In this document: positions 26,040-37,990 of the stretch, piece by piece
Layout: the number at the start of each line of letters is the position of its first letter
How positions within the stretch are numbered: the stretch's first letter is position 1
Source of the DNA: Smutsia gigantea
Taxonomy: Eukaryota
NCBI GenBank assembly: GCA_032199065.1
Contig: JAVSCE010016072.1
Span: 116,871 to 180,870, forward strand
Reading direction: 5' to 3'
DNA: 64,000 nt
The notes under the pieces: generated by a model
Told to the model about the DNA's origin: nothing
The model's input: the letters and a program-made list of their open reading frames with translations, nothing else
Databases searched by the model: none
Program-made: the position numbers and the translations under genes

Positions 26040-26395
26040 CCAATGTGTTTCAGCCCCAGGCAAGTTCACTATGGATTCAGTGAGACTGAGGAATGACAAT
26101 GGAATGTTCTTGGGGTGAAAGGGTTTATTACCTGGCTTGTTCTCCCTGTGGTAGGTCGAGCACTAGAATTACGTCTTCATCCAACAGTGTGCAAGTCTGT
26201 TATCCTCCTTCATCTCTGCCTCTGCCCAGAGCCCTGGGTGGAATTTTTTATATAGTGACTCAGTCAATAATAGCTCATTGCCTACGGGTGTGGAAGCAAT
26301 TAGCCTAGCAGCAGGCCAGATACATCCTCAAGTAGTTTAGGTTCAGGTGAAGATCCTGGCCCTAGGAAACTTCACTTTATCCACAAGCACTGAAA
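26040..26395 (+). repeat. Unclassified ~350-bp interspersed repeat, copy 2
   Basis: See 20560-20915. Same orientation, 5.5 kb apart. Sequence outside the ~350-bp core does not match. Confidence 0.6.
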
Positions 26396-28089
26396 GTTCC
26401 ACATCCTGGAAAACCCTTTTAATTCTGAGCCAATTGAGAAAGCTGGTCAATGTCATTCAAGGTCATGCAACTCAAGTGCTGGGGCTGAATATGAACCCAG
26501 ATCCTACCATCATCCTCTTGCTGAATGAATGGCTTACTGAGCAGATCAATCACTTGAAAATATTCAGAGCTTCAACAAGATCCCAGGTGCTTCCTGTCAC
26601 TCTTCCCTTCCCCCTCAACCTCCCTGCAGTGGTTCCAGGTGGCAGTTCCACCTGGCACTTACCCAGGGCTGCCTTGCTGCCAGCAGGGAATAAAAATAGG
26701 GTGAGCTCTGGAGAGTTTCATCCCTGCTCAGGGCCTGCCACATCTCACCTACCTGGCTGCCCTGGATCCCAAGAGTCAGATATTTGGACCTTGAGAGTTA
26801 TGAAAAAAGATGAGGAAGAATTAGAAAGGTCCCAGGTACCACTTCTTTGGGGAACCTGGGGTGGTAGAAAGAACCTGACCTTTGGAATCAGTCAGCTCTG
26901 GGATTAAATCTGAGCTTTCTGGCTAATAGCTGTGAGAGCCTTGACAATCTACTTAATTTGTGTCTGCATTTCCATTTTTCACAAATCCCCAACTTGAAGG
27001 GCAGTTGGGTGGATACTTAATTAGATAGTTTATATAAAGCACCTCATAGGTAAGCATTCAACCCTTTGGTCCCCTTTCACCTTGACCTAGCATTGCTTTT
27101 CATCTCTGAAAGACCACAAAGGATTTGCCCCTTCACATTAGGGACCCATCTGAACCCTTGTTACCATTCAGAATTGTTCTACAGTGTCCATCAAATTCCC
27201 CAAGCTCTGAGCCTCTTCTTTTCCCCACTACAGCTGCTGGTCCATTTTACTGACACTTCTCTCTCCTGAAACTGACATCCTGGAGTTTATCTCTGACCTG
27301 CCTTCCCTGATGTCACTCCTCTTCCTTTATAACCTTGACTTTATAGATACATGCTTCAGCCACTTTCTTTCCATCACTTGCCAGCCTTGTCCTTCTGCCA
27401 TGCCTTCCTCATAAATCTTCTGCCTCGAACCAATGCAAGCACCTTCCTTTTGTCTTATTACCGGGTTAGTGAGCCCTACTGGAGAAAATCACGCATCTCA
27501 CCACATTTAGTGTCTCTAAGTCCATATAGTCCCTCAGTTATCCTGTAACATAAATCTGGGCAACTCTTTCCCTTCCCTACAGATTGCTCTTCCAAACCTT
27601 TCACAGTTCCTCTAAAGTGCCCCACCTGACTCCAGCAACTCTCTCCATCAGCCGGTATTCTCCTCTGTGTCTCCGTGAGGAAAGCAGAGGCCTTCCAACA
27701 GGAGCTCCAGCTCTCTTGTTGATTCTCAGCCTCTGACAGTGAGGTTGGCCTGTTTTGCTCCTTATCCCCACCCCAGTGAGGATAGCTTAGTAATCATAAA
27801 CATCACACTCAGCTCTTGGCTCCATATGGCTTGTCAGGGGATTCTTGTTGGTTTCCTCTGGTTCCTGCAGCCCTATCTGCCCTACTTTCCTTCTGTAGGG
27901 AAGGCAGATGGGCCCTGCGCTGTGACCTGCCCTGATCTGCCTACCTTGTTCAGTGACTCCACTCCTGCACTGCTGCTCCCAGCCATAACTGACATGTGTC
28001 TTCTACAGGCCTAGCAATTTACTAAGCATGTTTTTGTGTCTCATTTAATCCCCTAAAACAGCTATTTGAAGTGGATTTTATCCCTCTTT

Positions 28090-28165
28090 TCCTTATGAGG
28101 AAACTGAGGCTCAGACTTTAAGTAGCTTGCCCAGAATACGTGGCTGAGCTGGATGTCTGCCAGCT
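28090..28165 (-). mobile_element. MIR SINE fragment
   Basis: ttatgaggaaactgaggctcagactttaagtagcttgcccagaatacgtggctgagctgg is the antisense of the MIR core. Confidence 0.7.
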
Positions 28166-29284
28166 TTTCTCTTTTCACTCCACAGTTCTGCCACCTGTAA
28201 CCATAACCATACTTCCCTGGCCACAGGCAGGATCCTCATTCCTTCCTCCATGCTTGAATGAATCTGGTCTTCACTGCACTTCTAAAGAAGTGTTCCTTTA
28301 TGTTTGCCTCTCACCAGACTGTGAGCCCCTCCAGGGCAAGAAACCTCATTTCCATGTCCCAAGAGCCCTTCAGTAAATGCTTCTGATTACAAAAAGTTCA
28401 AGCCATCTGGGCCTGTGCATCAGAGTTCTGGGGTTAGTGGACTATTTTGCCCTTTTTCTTTTATAAAATGAATGGAAGTGAAAAAGTGATGATCCTAGAG
28501 GAAAGACATGAGACCTTATAACCTTGATGCACTAGGAACATAGTTGAGACACACCGTGGATGTGAAAATCAGTGACTCTGGCCTCAGCTCAACACTCAGT
28601 GGGTTTTAGTCAGTCTGCAGTGTGTGAAAATTAATATAGGAAAATCTCACAAAAGTGGAGTTCAGAGGCCAGGAGGGGGAGCCATACCACTCCATGTCAA
28701 ATACCAGAAGAACTGTCAGTTGTAGACACCAACAGAAGAAGCCTTAGTAGGAAAGAATCATCAATTACAGGTCCCAACAGGAAAAGATGTACATGGCATC
28801 TCCTGTAATAAATCGACTTCCTCTGCAATTCAGCCAAGGAAAAACTTAGCAACCTGAACTCTTACTTTTCTCCAATGGATTTTCTTCAAAACACCCCCTC
28901 CCAACTTCCTCCTCCTCCATAAAGTTAATTCTCCTCCTTTGTCTGACAGACTTGCCTGTGGGTTAGCTGTAGCTTGCTTGTCCTGAACTGCAGTTTTCTG
29001 CTATTCCCGAATATACCCATTTTTGCTGAAAAAATAATTGACCATTTTGTTTTTAAGGTTAACAAATGTCATCAGTTGGGAAGGAAAAGAACAAAATTGA
29101 AGCATATGTATAGAATGTTAGGAATATATGATTTAGATTTATAACTAAAACATGAGGGGTAATTAGGACTTTTATGATATTTCTCATTTCCACAGGATGG
29201 AGCCACCCCTTAGAACATGAGACCGTTGTGCCTGTGCACAGGTGATTCATATAGAAACACTTGCTTGGCACTCACCATGAACCA

Positions 29285-29470
29285 GGCAGTGTTCTGGAGC
29301 TTTACCTGCATTGAGCATTGAATTCTCCCAACAACCCTAAGAGGTAGGTCCAAGTAACACTTTTCCTTAAGATAAGAAAACGGAAGCAAAGAGAAGTAAA
29401 ATAACTTGCCGCTGGTACACAGCTTCTGAGTTGGTAGGGTCTGGATTCCACTTCAGTCTGTGTTCTACCC
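29285..29470 (-). mobile_element. MIR SINE fragment
   Basis: tctcccaacaaccctaagaggtagg...aaaataacttgccgctggtacacagcttctgagttggtagggtctggattcca. Confidence 0.6.
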
Positions 29471-30099
29471 CGGCACACCGCACTGCCTTTGCTGTAATAC
29501 GTTTGCAGAGCACATCGTGCACAAGAGCAGATGACTATTGGAACTTCCTGTGATACATAAAGAAAGCCAAATTTACTTATATTTTTAGATGAATCCTCCT
29601 GACACAAAGAAGAGTGCATCCTGGTGGTATGATTCCATGGTGCTCACTTTGATAGCTTATCCAGTATATATGAACGCTGGATGTGGCTAATTTGGACAAC
29701 TCAGGTAGAAACTTCATCCCTTTGATGGTTATATTGTTGTGTGCTCCAGTATTCTTTCAGAGCAGGAAAACGAATAAAGGAAACAAAGTAAAAATAAACT
29801 AAACAAAGAAAAAAATTTGCAGTTGATTAAGCATTTCAGTAAGAGGTGTGCAGGCTGAAAAGGAAATTAAAGCCAGGTTCCCAGGGGACTTTAACCTGAG
29901 GGTCCAGACCAGTCTACACAAAATTCTTTTTCAAGATGTGTTTGGCAAGATCATCAGGATCTGAACTCAAGCTAACCCATAAAATAAAGCTAACTGTAGA
30001 GGAGAAAGATAATGGCTGCCCAGATCAATGGTATCTGAGAGACTAAAAAGAAAGGCCATGTGTGGTGAAAATCTGGAGGAGAAGAGAATAAATATTTAC

Positions 30100-30245
30100 T
30101 TAGGACCTGACATGTGCCACGCCTGTGCCAGGAAGTTGACAAAAATTGGTTGGTCTCATTATCTCCAACTTACACGTGAAGAACCTGAAGCTCAAAAGGT
30201 CATGAAGCGAGCAGGGGCTGGAACCAGGTTTTAAGTCATGTCTCT
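30100..30245 (-). mobile_element. MIR SINE fragment
   Basis: tctcattatctccaacttacacgtgaagaacctgaagctcaaaaggtcatgaagcgagcaggggctggaaccaggttttaagtc. Confidence 0.55.
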
Positions 30246-31370
30246 TAAGACAACATTCTGTGGGTGAATTACTGGTACACTACTGTAGGTTTCTGACTTC
30301 AAAAACGACTAACTCATTTTGCAATATATATACATATGTCAAATCATTACATTGTATACCTGAAATGAATACAATGTTATATGTCAATTCCATTTCAATT
30401 AAAAAAATGATTAACAACGTATACTTACCTACCCTGAGTCTGGGTCTCCAGAGCCACTCTAGTTACTGCCCTAGAGGTGTCCTAATCCACGGCTAGCCTG
30501 ACAGTTTCAAACTAAGAGTGTTGGTATATAAAGAACCTTACCCTTTGCGAGAGGAAGAGTTCAATTTTTTAAGGATTTTGTTTTTTTCTAAACTGCAATT
30601 CACAATAGGAAATAACATTTTATATTTTGACCAAGTACACACAGTATAGAGTATTTAACTGAAACAGTATTTTAGGAAATAATATTAGCCTTGTTACATG
30701 AAGGGCTCTCTTATTTTCTTTTCTATCCTATTTTTAAATATGCTGGTCTAGAGCTATTAATTTCATGGCCCAGGAGCAGGTTAAAACCTACAGTTTGAAA
30801 ACACTATTATTGAGGGTTTTGGTTGATTTGGAGACCTATTTTCCTCATATTGCAAATGCAGAAATATGAGTCTCCAGGGAATGAAGTGACTTAAGTTTGC
30901 ACAGCTAAGTGTTGGATGGAGGACCTCACCCCAGAATTCTGTCTTTATGTCCAGTGTTCTTCCGAATACAGTTTCTCAGAGAAATCACAAATAAGAAACT
31001 AAAGAAAACCCATATGCAGCCCTGTGAGAAGAAACACAGATGCGTGAGAAGACGAAGGAGGGGCATTTATGGGCAGCCTCCCTGCAGCCTAGGCATTTGT
31101 CAGGCCCTTATGGGATGCCTGCTCTGTGCCAGGTGGGGTGCAGGAGCTGGGATTCAGGATGGATAAGATGCAGCCCCTGCCTTGGAATGGGCTCCAGCTT
31201 CAGAAGAGCAGGCTGGCATGTAAACAGATAAATTGCAGTGCAGGGTAATTAGGACCATACATCATGTAGGAAGCACAGCTGGAGGCTGGAGAAAGGAACA
31301 ATGAATTCTGTTTGAAGTGGAGGGGCAAGGAAGAAAAAAGACCTGGGGAATATGTGAGGTAAGGCTCGGG

Positions 31371-31492
31371 GTGGGTGCAGGGAGGTGGTGGTGGGTGCAG
31401 GGGGTGGGGTGGATGCAGGGGAGTGGAGTGGTGGGTGCAAGGTGTGTGTGGTGGGTGCAGGGGTTGTGGTGGGTGCAAGAGGGGGCAGTGGT
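31371..31492. repeat. G-rich minisatellite with an 18-22 bp unit, about 6 copies
   Basis: gtgggtgcagggaggtggtg / gtgggtgcagggggtgggg / tggatgcaggggagtggagtg / gtgggtgcaaggtgtgtgtg / gtgggtgcaggggttgtg / gtgggtgcaagagggggcagtg. Confidence 0.8.
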
Positions 31493-34165
31493 TTTGAGGA
31501 TGGGCTGATGTCTTGAGGGGGGCAGGAGGAGAGCATTTCAGGCAGCTGAACAAACTGCAGGGCACTGTAGAGGCCCGTCTGTGAGGCTGGGGATAGGAGG
31601 GGAGGGACTGCTGGAGGGACTGTCTTGCAACTTCCTGAAGTCACTTCTCGCTCGATTTTAGTTTATGGGTTGGAACAGCGACAGGTGAACAGAAAAGCAA
31701 TATTCACATTTGTTTTGTGGTAAAACCCTTCGTTCAGATGAACTGCCATGGAGGCACAGTGTGTAAATGAGGAGGTAGGGATTTTTTTTTCCTTAACAGG
31801 AAGCAGATGTGTCATTGTTTAGAAATATATTTTGAAAGATCCTTGATGGGGTGAAGGAGCAAATTCTCACCCTGAGGGCTGAATTTGCGCCGAGACCTTG
31901 AGAAGAGGATGAGTTGCTTTGTCGGAGAGACAAGTGGTTCTCAAACCGTCCAGACTGGCAGGACAGAGGTGCCGGCGAAACGGGAAAGATTCACACGCTC
32001 CTGCTACCTCCCACCCAGTACCGAGCCCATTCTCCACAGAATCCTGAGCAAATAAGCCTTTGAACAGGCAGAACCCTTCACTGTCTTCCCTTACTCCCAG
32101 GACTCCAAAGCCCTGACCTGGCCTCCCAGGCCCTGCACCATCTGCCACAGGCTGCAGCTCCCACGGCTTCCCTCACAGCAGAGCCTGACGCCCTGCTGTT
32201 TCTAATTCATCCCACACGCCTCCCACTCAGGGGTTTGGTGCCCGAGCCCTCTGCCTGGCACTCCTCACCCAAGTGCCTAGTCTCCACTGTGCAGTCAGGT
32301 CTCGTGGCAGATGCTACGGTGCAGAACCGCATCTACTCTCCCTGCGGGCTTACCACCTCAGAGCCCAGCTTCTGCGCCAACAGGGCGGCGTGTCGCCTAC
32401 CTCTCCCGCTGGGCTGGAGGCCCCTAGAGGTGGGGTTTGATTCTTCCTCCTCCTTGCAGCTCCCCAGCGTCTAGAACGGTGCCTCCGATGTAGAGATGCT
32501 CTATAACCGTCTGTTGAGTGAGCTGCTTTGCCACGGGGAGCAGAGGAGGTGAGCTACCTGGCGGTAGTGGAAAGCTCGATGGCTTTGGGCTTTAACTGCC
32601 TCAGGGTCTGGGGCCAGTAGGCCCTCAGCCGGCACCCGGGTGAAATATGGAACAGTTCAGACAGGAGCTAATGAGGAGAAGCAGAGGTGGGGTCAAAGGC
32701 CCCCTGCCTCTTCGTCCTCCTTCCTTCTGGCAAACCCCGGATGTCCCTTCATTAGCTAGCGGATGGCCTTCCTTGTCTCTGGGACCCACAGAGGATGCGC
32801 GCTGAGACCGCCCCCCCTTCCTCACCCTGGAGGGCAGGCGTCTCTTGCCGTCTGAGAGAGGACTGGGGTCTGCTATGGGGAACACAGGGACCAGTGCGTC
32901 AGCATGAAAGAGACTGTGGGTTTCTGCATGTGTGGGGTCAGTGTGTCAGTGGACCTTTGACAAGTGTGTGAGCCTCTGTTCTGAGGGTCCTAGAGGTATC
33001 TGACATGGAAGTGGGAGGGCGCTCCCCTAAGGTGTTCACCTGAGACCTCCCTGACCTGCCATCTTAGCTTTCTGTGTTTGGTGACACACTGTGTGATAGG
33101 CTCCTAATAAGGAAGAAGAGGGACAAAAGAAAGAGAATGCTTTGGAGAGATGGAGAGACAAAGAAGAGAAGAGGCAGAGGGAAAAAGGCATGGAGAGGGA
33201 ATATAAAGAAAAAACCTCAGAGCAGGAGACGCAGGAGAATTATCAAGACAGAAAGGGAAAGATGAGTCCTGGAAGAGAAGGGCCTACAAAGGGAAGAAAT
33301 GGATGACATCAGCCCTGGCAAGTTTCAGACCCACAGGAAGAAGCAATTGTCCTGTGTGTGCTACAGCCCCAGGGGGATTCAGCCCTGGTGCCCAGGACCC
33401 CTGAGGATTCTGAGCCCAGAACTCCCCCTGGAAGAGGACTTACTACTCTCTTACTGCCTCAGCTTCCCTCTTGCCTGCTGGACTGACTCTGTCTGTTCCC
33501 AAGAGGGGGGGATCGGTGTCCACCTTCAGCCCCATGTCACCCTTCTCAGAGAGAAAAGGTCCCTGAAGGGTCTGTGGATTGATGATGGAGAGCTGAAAAA
33601 AAGCAAGTACAGCAAAATATTAACCACGGTAAAACCTACACGGTGGGCATATGGGTGTTCACTGTACAATTCTTCAGATTTTCTATATGTTCAAATTTTT
33701 TTCATACAAACTATCAGGAGAGAGAAAAAATGTATCTGGCAAATAATAGGCACTCCTAAGTATAAGATGTAGGGAGGGTAACCCTTTTCTAGGAGAATCA
33801 ATATTTTAAATACCCGGAGAGGGCAGTGGTGGTTATCCCGAAAGATGACAGATTGCAGGTGAGAGCATCTGAGAACCCAAACAGGGGAGGAGAACCCTAG
33901 ACCACACTCAGAGGTGATTAATAATTTTACCCACCCATGCCTGCTGGTCCCTCGGTTGGTGACCTTTTCTCAAGATTATTCTGCCTCTCCTGAGATCTAG
34001 GCCTTGGCCCGGAGCAGACCCCACCCCGCCACCTGTAACCCTTGGGGGAGGGGCAGGGATAACATGTCCCACACCCTGCCTGACAACTGACCCTAAGAGG
34101 TTGATCATGTTTGCTCAGGAGGTGAGGTTCACACAATTAAGATGAGGGGCAGGGCTTGGACCTGG

Positions 34166-34173
34166 TATAAAAG
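34166..34173 (+). promoter_or_regulatory. ZG16: TATA box (tataaaag), candidate ZG16 core promoter
   Basis: tataaaag is followed about 30 bp later by a short exon ending in a consensus donor (ctgacag|gtgagg). The downstream ATG exon is itself preceded by an acceptor, so an upstream non-coding exon is needed. Confidence 0.4.
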
Positions 34174-34195
34174 TGCTGGAAGTTTCTGGGGAGTT

Positions 34196-34217
34196 ACTTT
34201 GCGCCTGAAACTGACAG
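34196..34217 (+). other. ZG16: Predicted ZG16 non-coding exon 1 (5'UTR); 5' boundary approximate
   Basis: CAG|GTGAGG donor at 34217/34218, about 30 nt after the TATA box. It would pair with the acceptor ...ttctcctttcttccccctccag at 35130. Confidence 0.35.
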
Positions 34218-35137
34218 GTGAGGGGTGACAGAGGTGTGGGCTTAGGGGTGACAGGTATGCCTGGATTTACGTTTAGGGGAATTCAAGCTGAGCTGCAGAA
34301 GAACTTGACTGGATTGAGTGGCAGGGGAGACTAGGTGTCAGCTAACAGGAGCGTCGGGATCTGAGCTAGTCTTGGGACAAAGCTATCTCGGTCTCAGCTG
34401 AAGGACTGGGGACACCTGGGGGGCTCAGGAGAATGGCTATAGCTAGATTTGTGTTAGTGGAGAAAGAATTGTAACAAATAGACCAGGTTCCTGGGATCTA
34501 CTATCTTGAGATGGTCCCAAGTCCTGCAACTTCTCAGTCCGTCCTGCCTCCCGCAGGACTGCTGGGACACTGGTCTCTTCCTTTACCACATTCACTCCTC
34601 GGGTGGTACAGAGACACACCTCTAAAATGCTCCTTTCTTTTTGATCTGAAACCAAGGTGAAGTTAATAATTTAGGCTATGCCCCCAGTGCCCCGCAAACC
34701 GGGCCAGTCTGCCACAGGCTGGCTTTAGTTAGGTTTTGCTCCACTCCTGGTTTGGTAAGCTCGACATCTCTAAGATTTGGGGGTGTCCTCCACTTCTGTA
34801 AAAAACTCCTTTCCTGCACCAGGAGGGAACAGGGCTTGACAAAGCTCAGCCCAGACAGAGGACTGGCACTGATTCAGTTTGAGGTGGAAGCAGAGGGTTG
34901 GCTACAGCCAGACCAGAGAAAGGCAGACGGGGTAAGGACACAGAAGATAGCATCTGTGAGGGACAGACTGGAGACTACGGACAATCCTTTCTAAGCCCAT
35001 GGCTGGGTCAGTTAGGTCTGGGTTGACAGACCAAGAAGCCTGAGCCTCAGCTGGAGGTCAGGGATGCCTGGGTAAGTGAAGTCCAGGGGAAAAAGGATAA
35101 ACCTGCACTTTCTCCTTTCTTCCCCCTCCAGCCCCAG

Positions 35138-35192
35138 AATGTTGACCATTGCTCTTCTTGCCCTTTTGTGTGCATCAGCCTCTGCCAGTGCC
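35138..35192 (+). CDS. ZG16: ZG16 coding exon (signal peptide MLTIALLALLCASASASA). The exon begins at the acceptor at 35131 and ends in phase 1 before gtaagt
   Basis: ATG lies in a ccccagaATG context after a polypyrimidine-AG acceptor. The hydrophobic signal peptide is nearly identical to the human ZG16 N-terminus. Donor gtaagt at 35193. Confidence 0.85.
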
Positions 35193-35376
35193 AGTAAGTG
35201 AGAAGCCAGGAACCTGGCAGTAGAGTCATGGGAAGGCAGCTGCCTGCACTGCTGGCGGCCAAGGTTTCAGAGGCTGGCTTGGGATGGTGGGAAGTGAATT
35301 GTGGGAGAAATGGGGTGGTGGAGAGAAACTGAGCTCTCAGGGGATTTCTCCTTCCAATTGGTCCTTTCCCCTCCAG

Positions 35377-35509
35377 TTCAGGCTAGGTCATCCTCCTACA
35401 ATGGGGAATATGGTGGCGGTGGAGGAGAGCGATTCTCCCATTCTGGCAACCAGATGGATGGCCCCATCACTGCCATCCGTATCCGAGTCAACAGATACTA
35501 CATTGTAGG
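35377..35509 (+). CDS. ZG16: ZG16 coding exon (IQARSSSYNGEYGGGGGERFSHSGNQMDGPITAIRIRVNRYYIVG)
   Basis: Acceptor ...cctttcccctccag|tt, donor gg|gtaagt. Frame is continuous with the flanking exons. Matches human ZG16 (IQARSSSYSGEYGSGGGKRFSHSGNQLDGPITALRVRVNTYYIVG). Confidence 0.9.
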
Positions 35510-36196
35510 GTAAGTTTCTGTGGTTTGGGAAACCTCTGGAATCCTACTAAATCGGGAAGTTCTCTGTCACTTTGGGTCACGCATGTTTCCACCAACAAGC
35601 CCCAGAGATAACATCATATGTGAAAGTTGTCAGAGACCTGGATTTGAGACCTGTGCTGCTGCAACCCCTACGACCCAACACGTGCCCTTGGGTCAGCCAT
35701 ACACCATGACTCTCAGGAGCCTGGAAGTTGTCATTTAACCACCTCCCAAGATTCAGATCCCTTCTGGCCCCCTCTAGATGCATAAGGCTTTTGCAAAATT
35801 TGTGTCCTTCTGATCCTAGATCTGCATCCTCGGACAGCACGGACAAGTCCCTTCCCTCATGGGAGCCATTCAGATGTTTGAAAAATCCCTTTGCTTCTTT
35901 CAAGTGGGTGTGGGGGCACAGTGAGAGTCTAGACTTCATATTCAAGCTCTAACACTTACTGTCTGGAACACTATGGATAAGTTGTTTCCCTCTGTGAGCC
36001 TATTTGTCAACAAAGTCAGTTGAAGTTCCCTGCATGACCTCCAAGGGCTCACCCAACCCTCACATACTGTGGGACTAGCAGGAGATTTGTCATCTCTGCT
36101 GCTGGCGTGGAGGTCTCACCATCTAGGCCAAAGGGGGTCTGAATTCTGATGCCCCTGCTCAGTGCCTCCCTCCTTCCCTCCTCACCCTGCCCCCAG

Positions 36197-36512
36197 GCTC
36201 CAGGTGCGCTATGGCAAGGAATGGAGTGACTATGTGGGTGGCACCCAGGGAGACCTGGAGGAGATCTTCCTGCACCCTGGAGAATCCGTGATCCAGGTGT
36301 CTGGCAAGTACAAGTACTACCTGAGGAAGCTGGATTTCGTGACTGACAAGGGCCGCTACCTGCCGTTCGGGAAAGACACAGGAACAAGTTTCAATGCTGT
36401 CCCCTTGTACCCCAACACGGTGCTCCGATTCATCAGTGGCCGAGCGGGCTCCCTCATCAATGCCATTGGCCTGCACTGGGACGTCTACCCCAGCGACTGC
36501 AGCAGCTGCTAA
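36197..36512 (+). CDS. ZG16: ZG16 last coding exon: jacalin-like lectin domain body, stop TAA at 36510-36512
   Basis: Acceptor ctgcccccag|gctcc. Translates to LQVRYGKEWSDYVGGTQGDLEEIFLHPGESVIQVSGKYKYYLRKLDFVTDKGRYLPFGKDTGTSFNAVPLYPNTVLRFISGRAGSLINAIGLHWDVYPSDCSSC. Near-identical to human ZG16. Confidence 0.92.
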
Positions 36513-36592
36513 GCCCGGCCTCCTCAGCGGGGCACTGCTGTGAGGGTGTGACAGCCCCCTTACCACTAACCCCACATGGCTCAGTACAAAAA

Positions 36593-36598
36593 AATAAA
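36593..36598 (+). terminator. ZG16: Polyadenylation signal AATAAA for ZG16
   Basis: aaaaataaaag lies 80 nt after the stop codon. No other AATAAA sits between it and the stop. Confidence 0.6.
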
Positions 36599-37559
36599 AG
36601 GATGTGGCTAAAACTAGTGTGTATGTGGGTGTCTGCAGCTTGGATCCGCTTCCTGACTCTAGGTATGGATGTGCAAATCTCATTTCTGGCTATCTGTTGG
36701 ATGCCACTCTGGGGAAGAGTGGGAGGAAGAGGGAGAGAGGTGTAAAGTCCTGGGCTTTTCTCCCTAATTTATCAAGAGCTGATAAGATGTTGGCTTGCAC
36801 TAACTCTTTTTTCAAGGATAGGTCCTGTGAGTATTTACCCAAACTGGAGTTTTGAGGCTCAGGGTAAGGCCGAGTTGGGGCTTATCCCAAAACCCAAGAT
36901 GTTCCACTCTCCAGCCCTTCTCTCCCCTTGAGATAGTGCCCCTCCACCAACATGCTGTCACCCTACTCTCTTGACCTTGATCCACTTGCTCAATGTGGAT
37001 GGCTTGAGCCATTGTCCTTTGTTCTTTCCTGGAATCCATTGGATTCCTGAAATGTAGCCTAAGTTTGTGCCAATTATCTGCCAATTACCCCAGCCTAGTT
37101 CCTCCCCATCTTTACCCATAAGCCCTGGTGTCCTTGCTAGTTCTCTCAGAATTGGGGTTCTTTCCTTAGGAAGTCACCACCTCAATAGCTTCTACTCTGT
37201 CAATACCATCATCAACAAAGGGCATTCCGAGGAAGGACAATTTCCACTGGCAGTTTCCATGAACATAAGGGGTTGGCTAGTGTTCAGGGGAAGCATTAGA
37301 ATGACTGGATAGATTCAGCAAGGATATAAAGTTGCTTTGAAAATAGTTCTTTGGACTCTAGTTCCCAGTCCTAGAATTTTGACCTTTTCTTTTTTTTTTT
37401 TTTTGGTGGTAGCAGTGGCACGGGGGGAGTTACTCATTACTTCCAAAAGATTTATTCATATCACAGGGAATGCAAGAGTCACATTTCTTCCCAATTGGAC
37501 AAAGATAACAGCATGTACACGTAATTTTATTTAAAAAATTAACACAGTAGAGACAAAAT

Positions 37560-37990
37560 CATACCTAGCCTGTTGTTATGACAATTCTTTTATTTCTTTC
37601 AATCAATTCCATTGAGTGGAATATTGTTACTATTATTAATTTTTTGTTGAGGTATAAACCACATAACATCAAATTCAGCCTTTTACAGTGTGCCATTTCA
37701 GTGGCTTTTATAATGATAGATTGTGCAACCATCACCAATCTAATTCCAGAATTCCATCACCTCAAAAAGAAACCATACCTGTTAAGCAGTCACCCCTATT
37801 CTCCTCTCTCCCAGTCCCTGGGAGCCACTCATCTATTTTCTCTCTCTGTGGATTTGCCTGGCCTGGCCATTTCATATAGATGGAATCATACAATAATGTG
37901 GCCTTTTTTGTCTAGTTTCTTCCCCTTAACATAATATTTTTAAGGTTCATCCATGTTGTAGAATGCATCAGTATTTCAGTCCTTTTTACG
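37560..37990 (-). mobile_element. Old L1 3'-end fragment (antisense)
   Basis: gtgcaaccatcaccaatctaattccagaattccatcacctcaaaaagaaaccatacc...ccatttcatatagatggaatcatacaataatgtggcc...ggttcatccatgttgtagaatgcatcagtatttcagtcctttttacggctga. Confidence 0.7.

Noticed and set aside
35577-35945. 122-aa minus-strand ORF in ZG16 intron 2
   Set aside because: Intronic, no homology, no signals. Overlapped by plus-strand ORFs of similar size.
36159-36683. 174-aa minus-strand ORF antisense to the last ZG16 exon
   Set aside because: It is a mirror of the ZG16 coding exon, has no independent signals and is unconserved in character. Antisense artefact.
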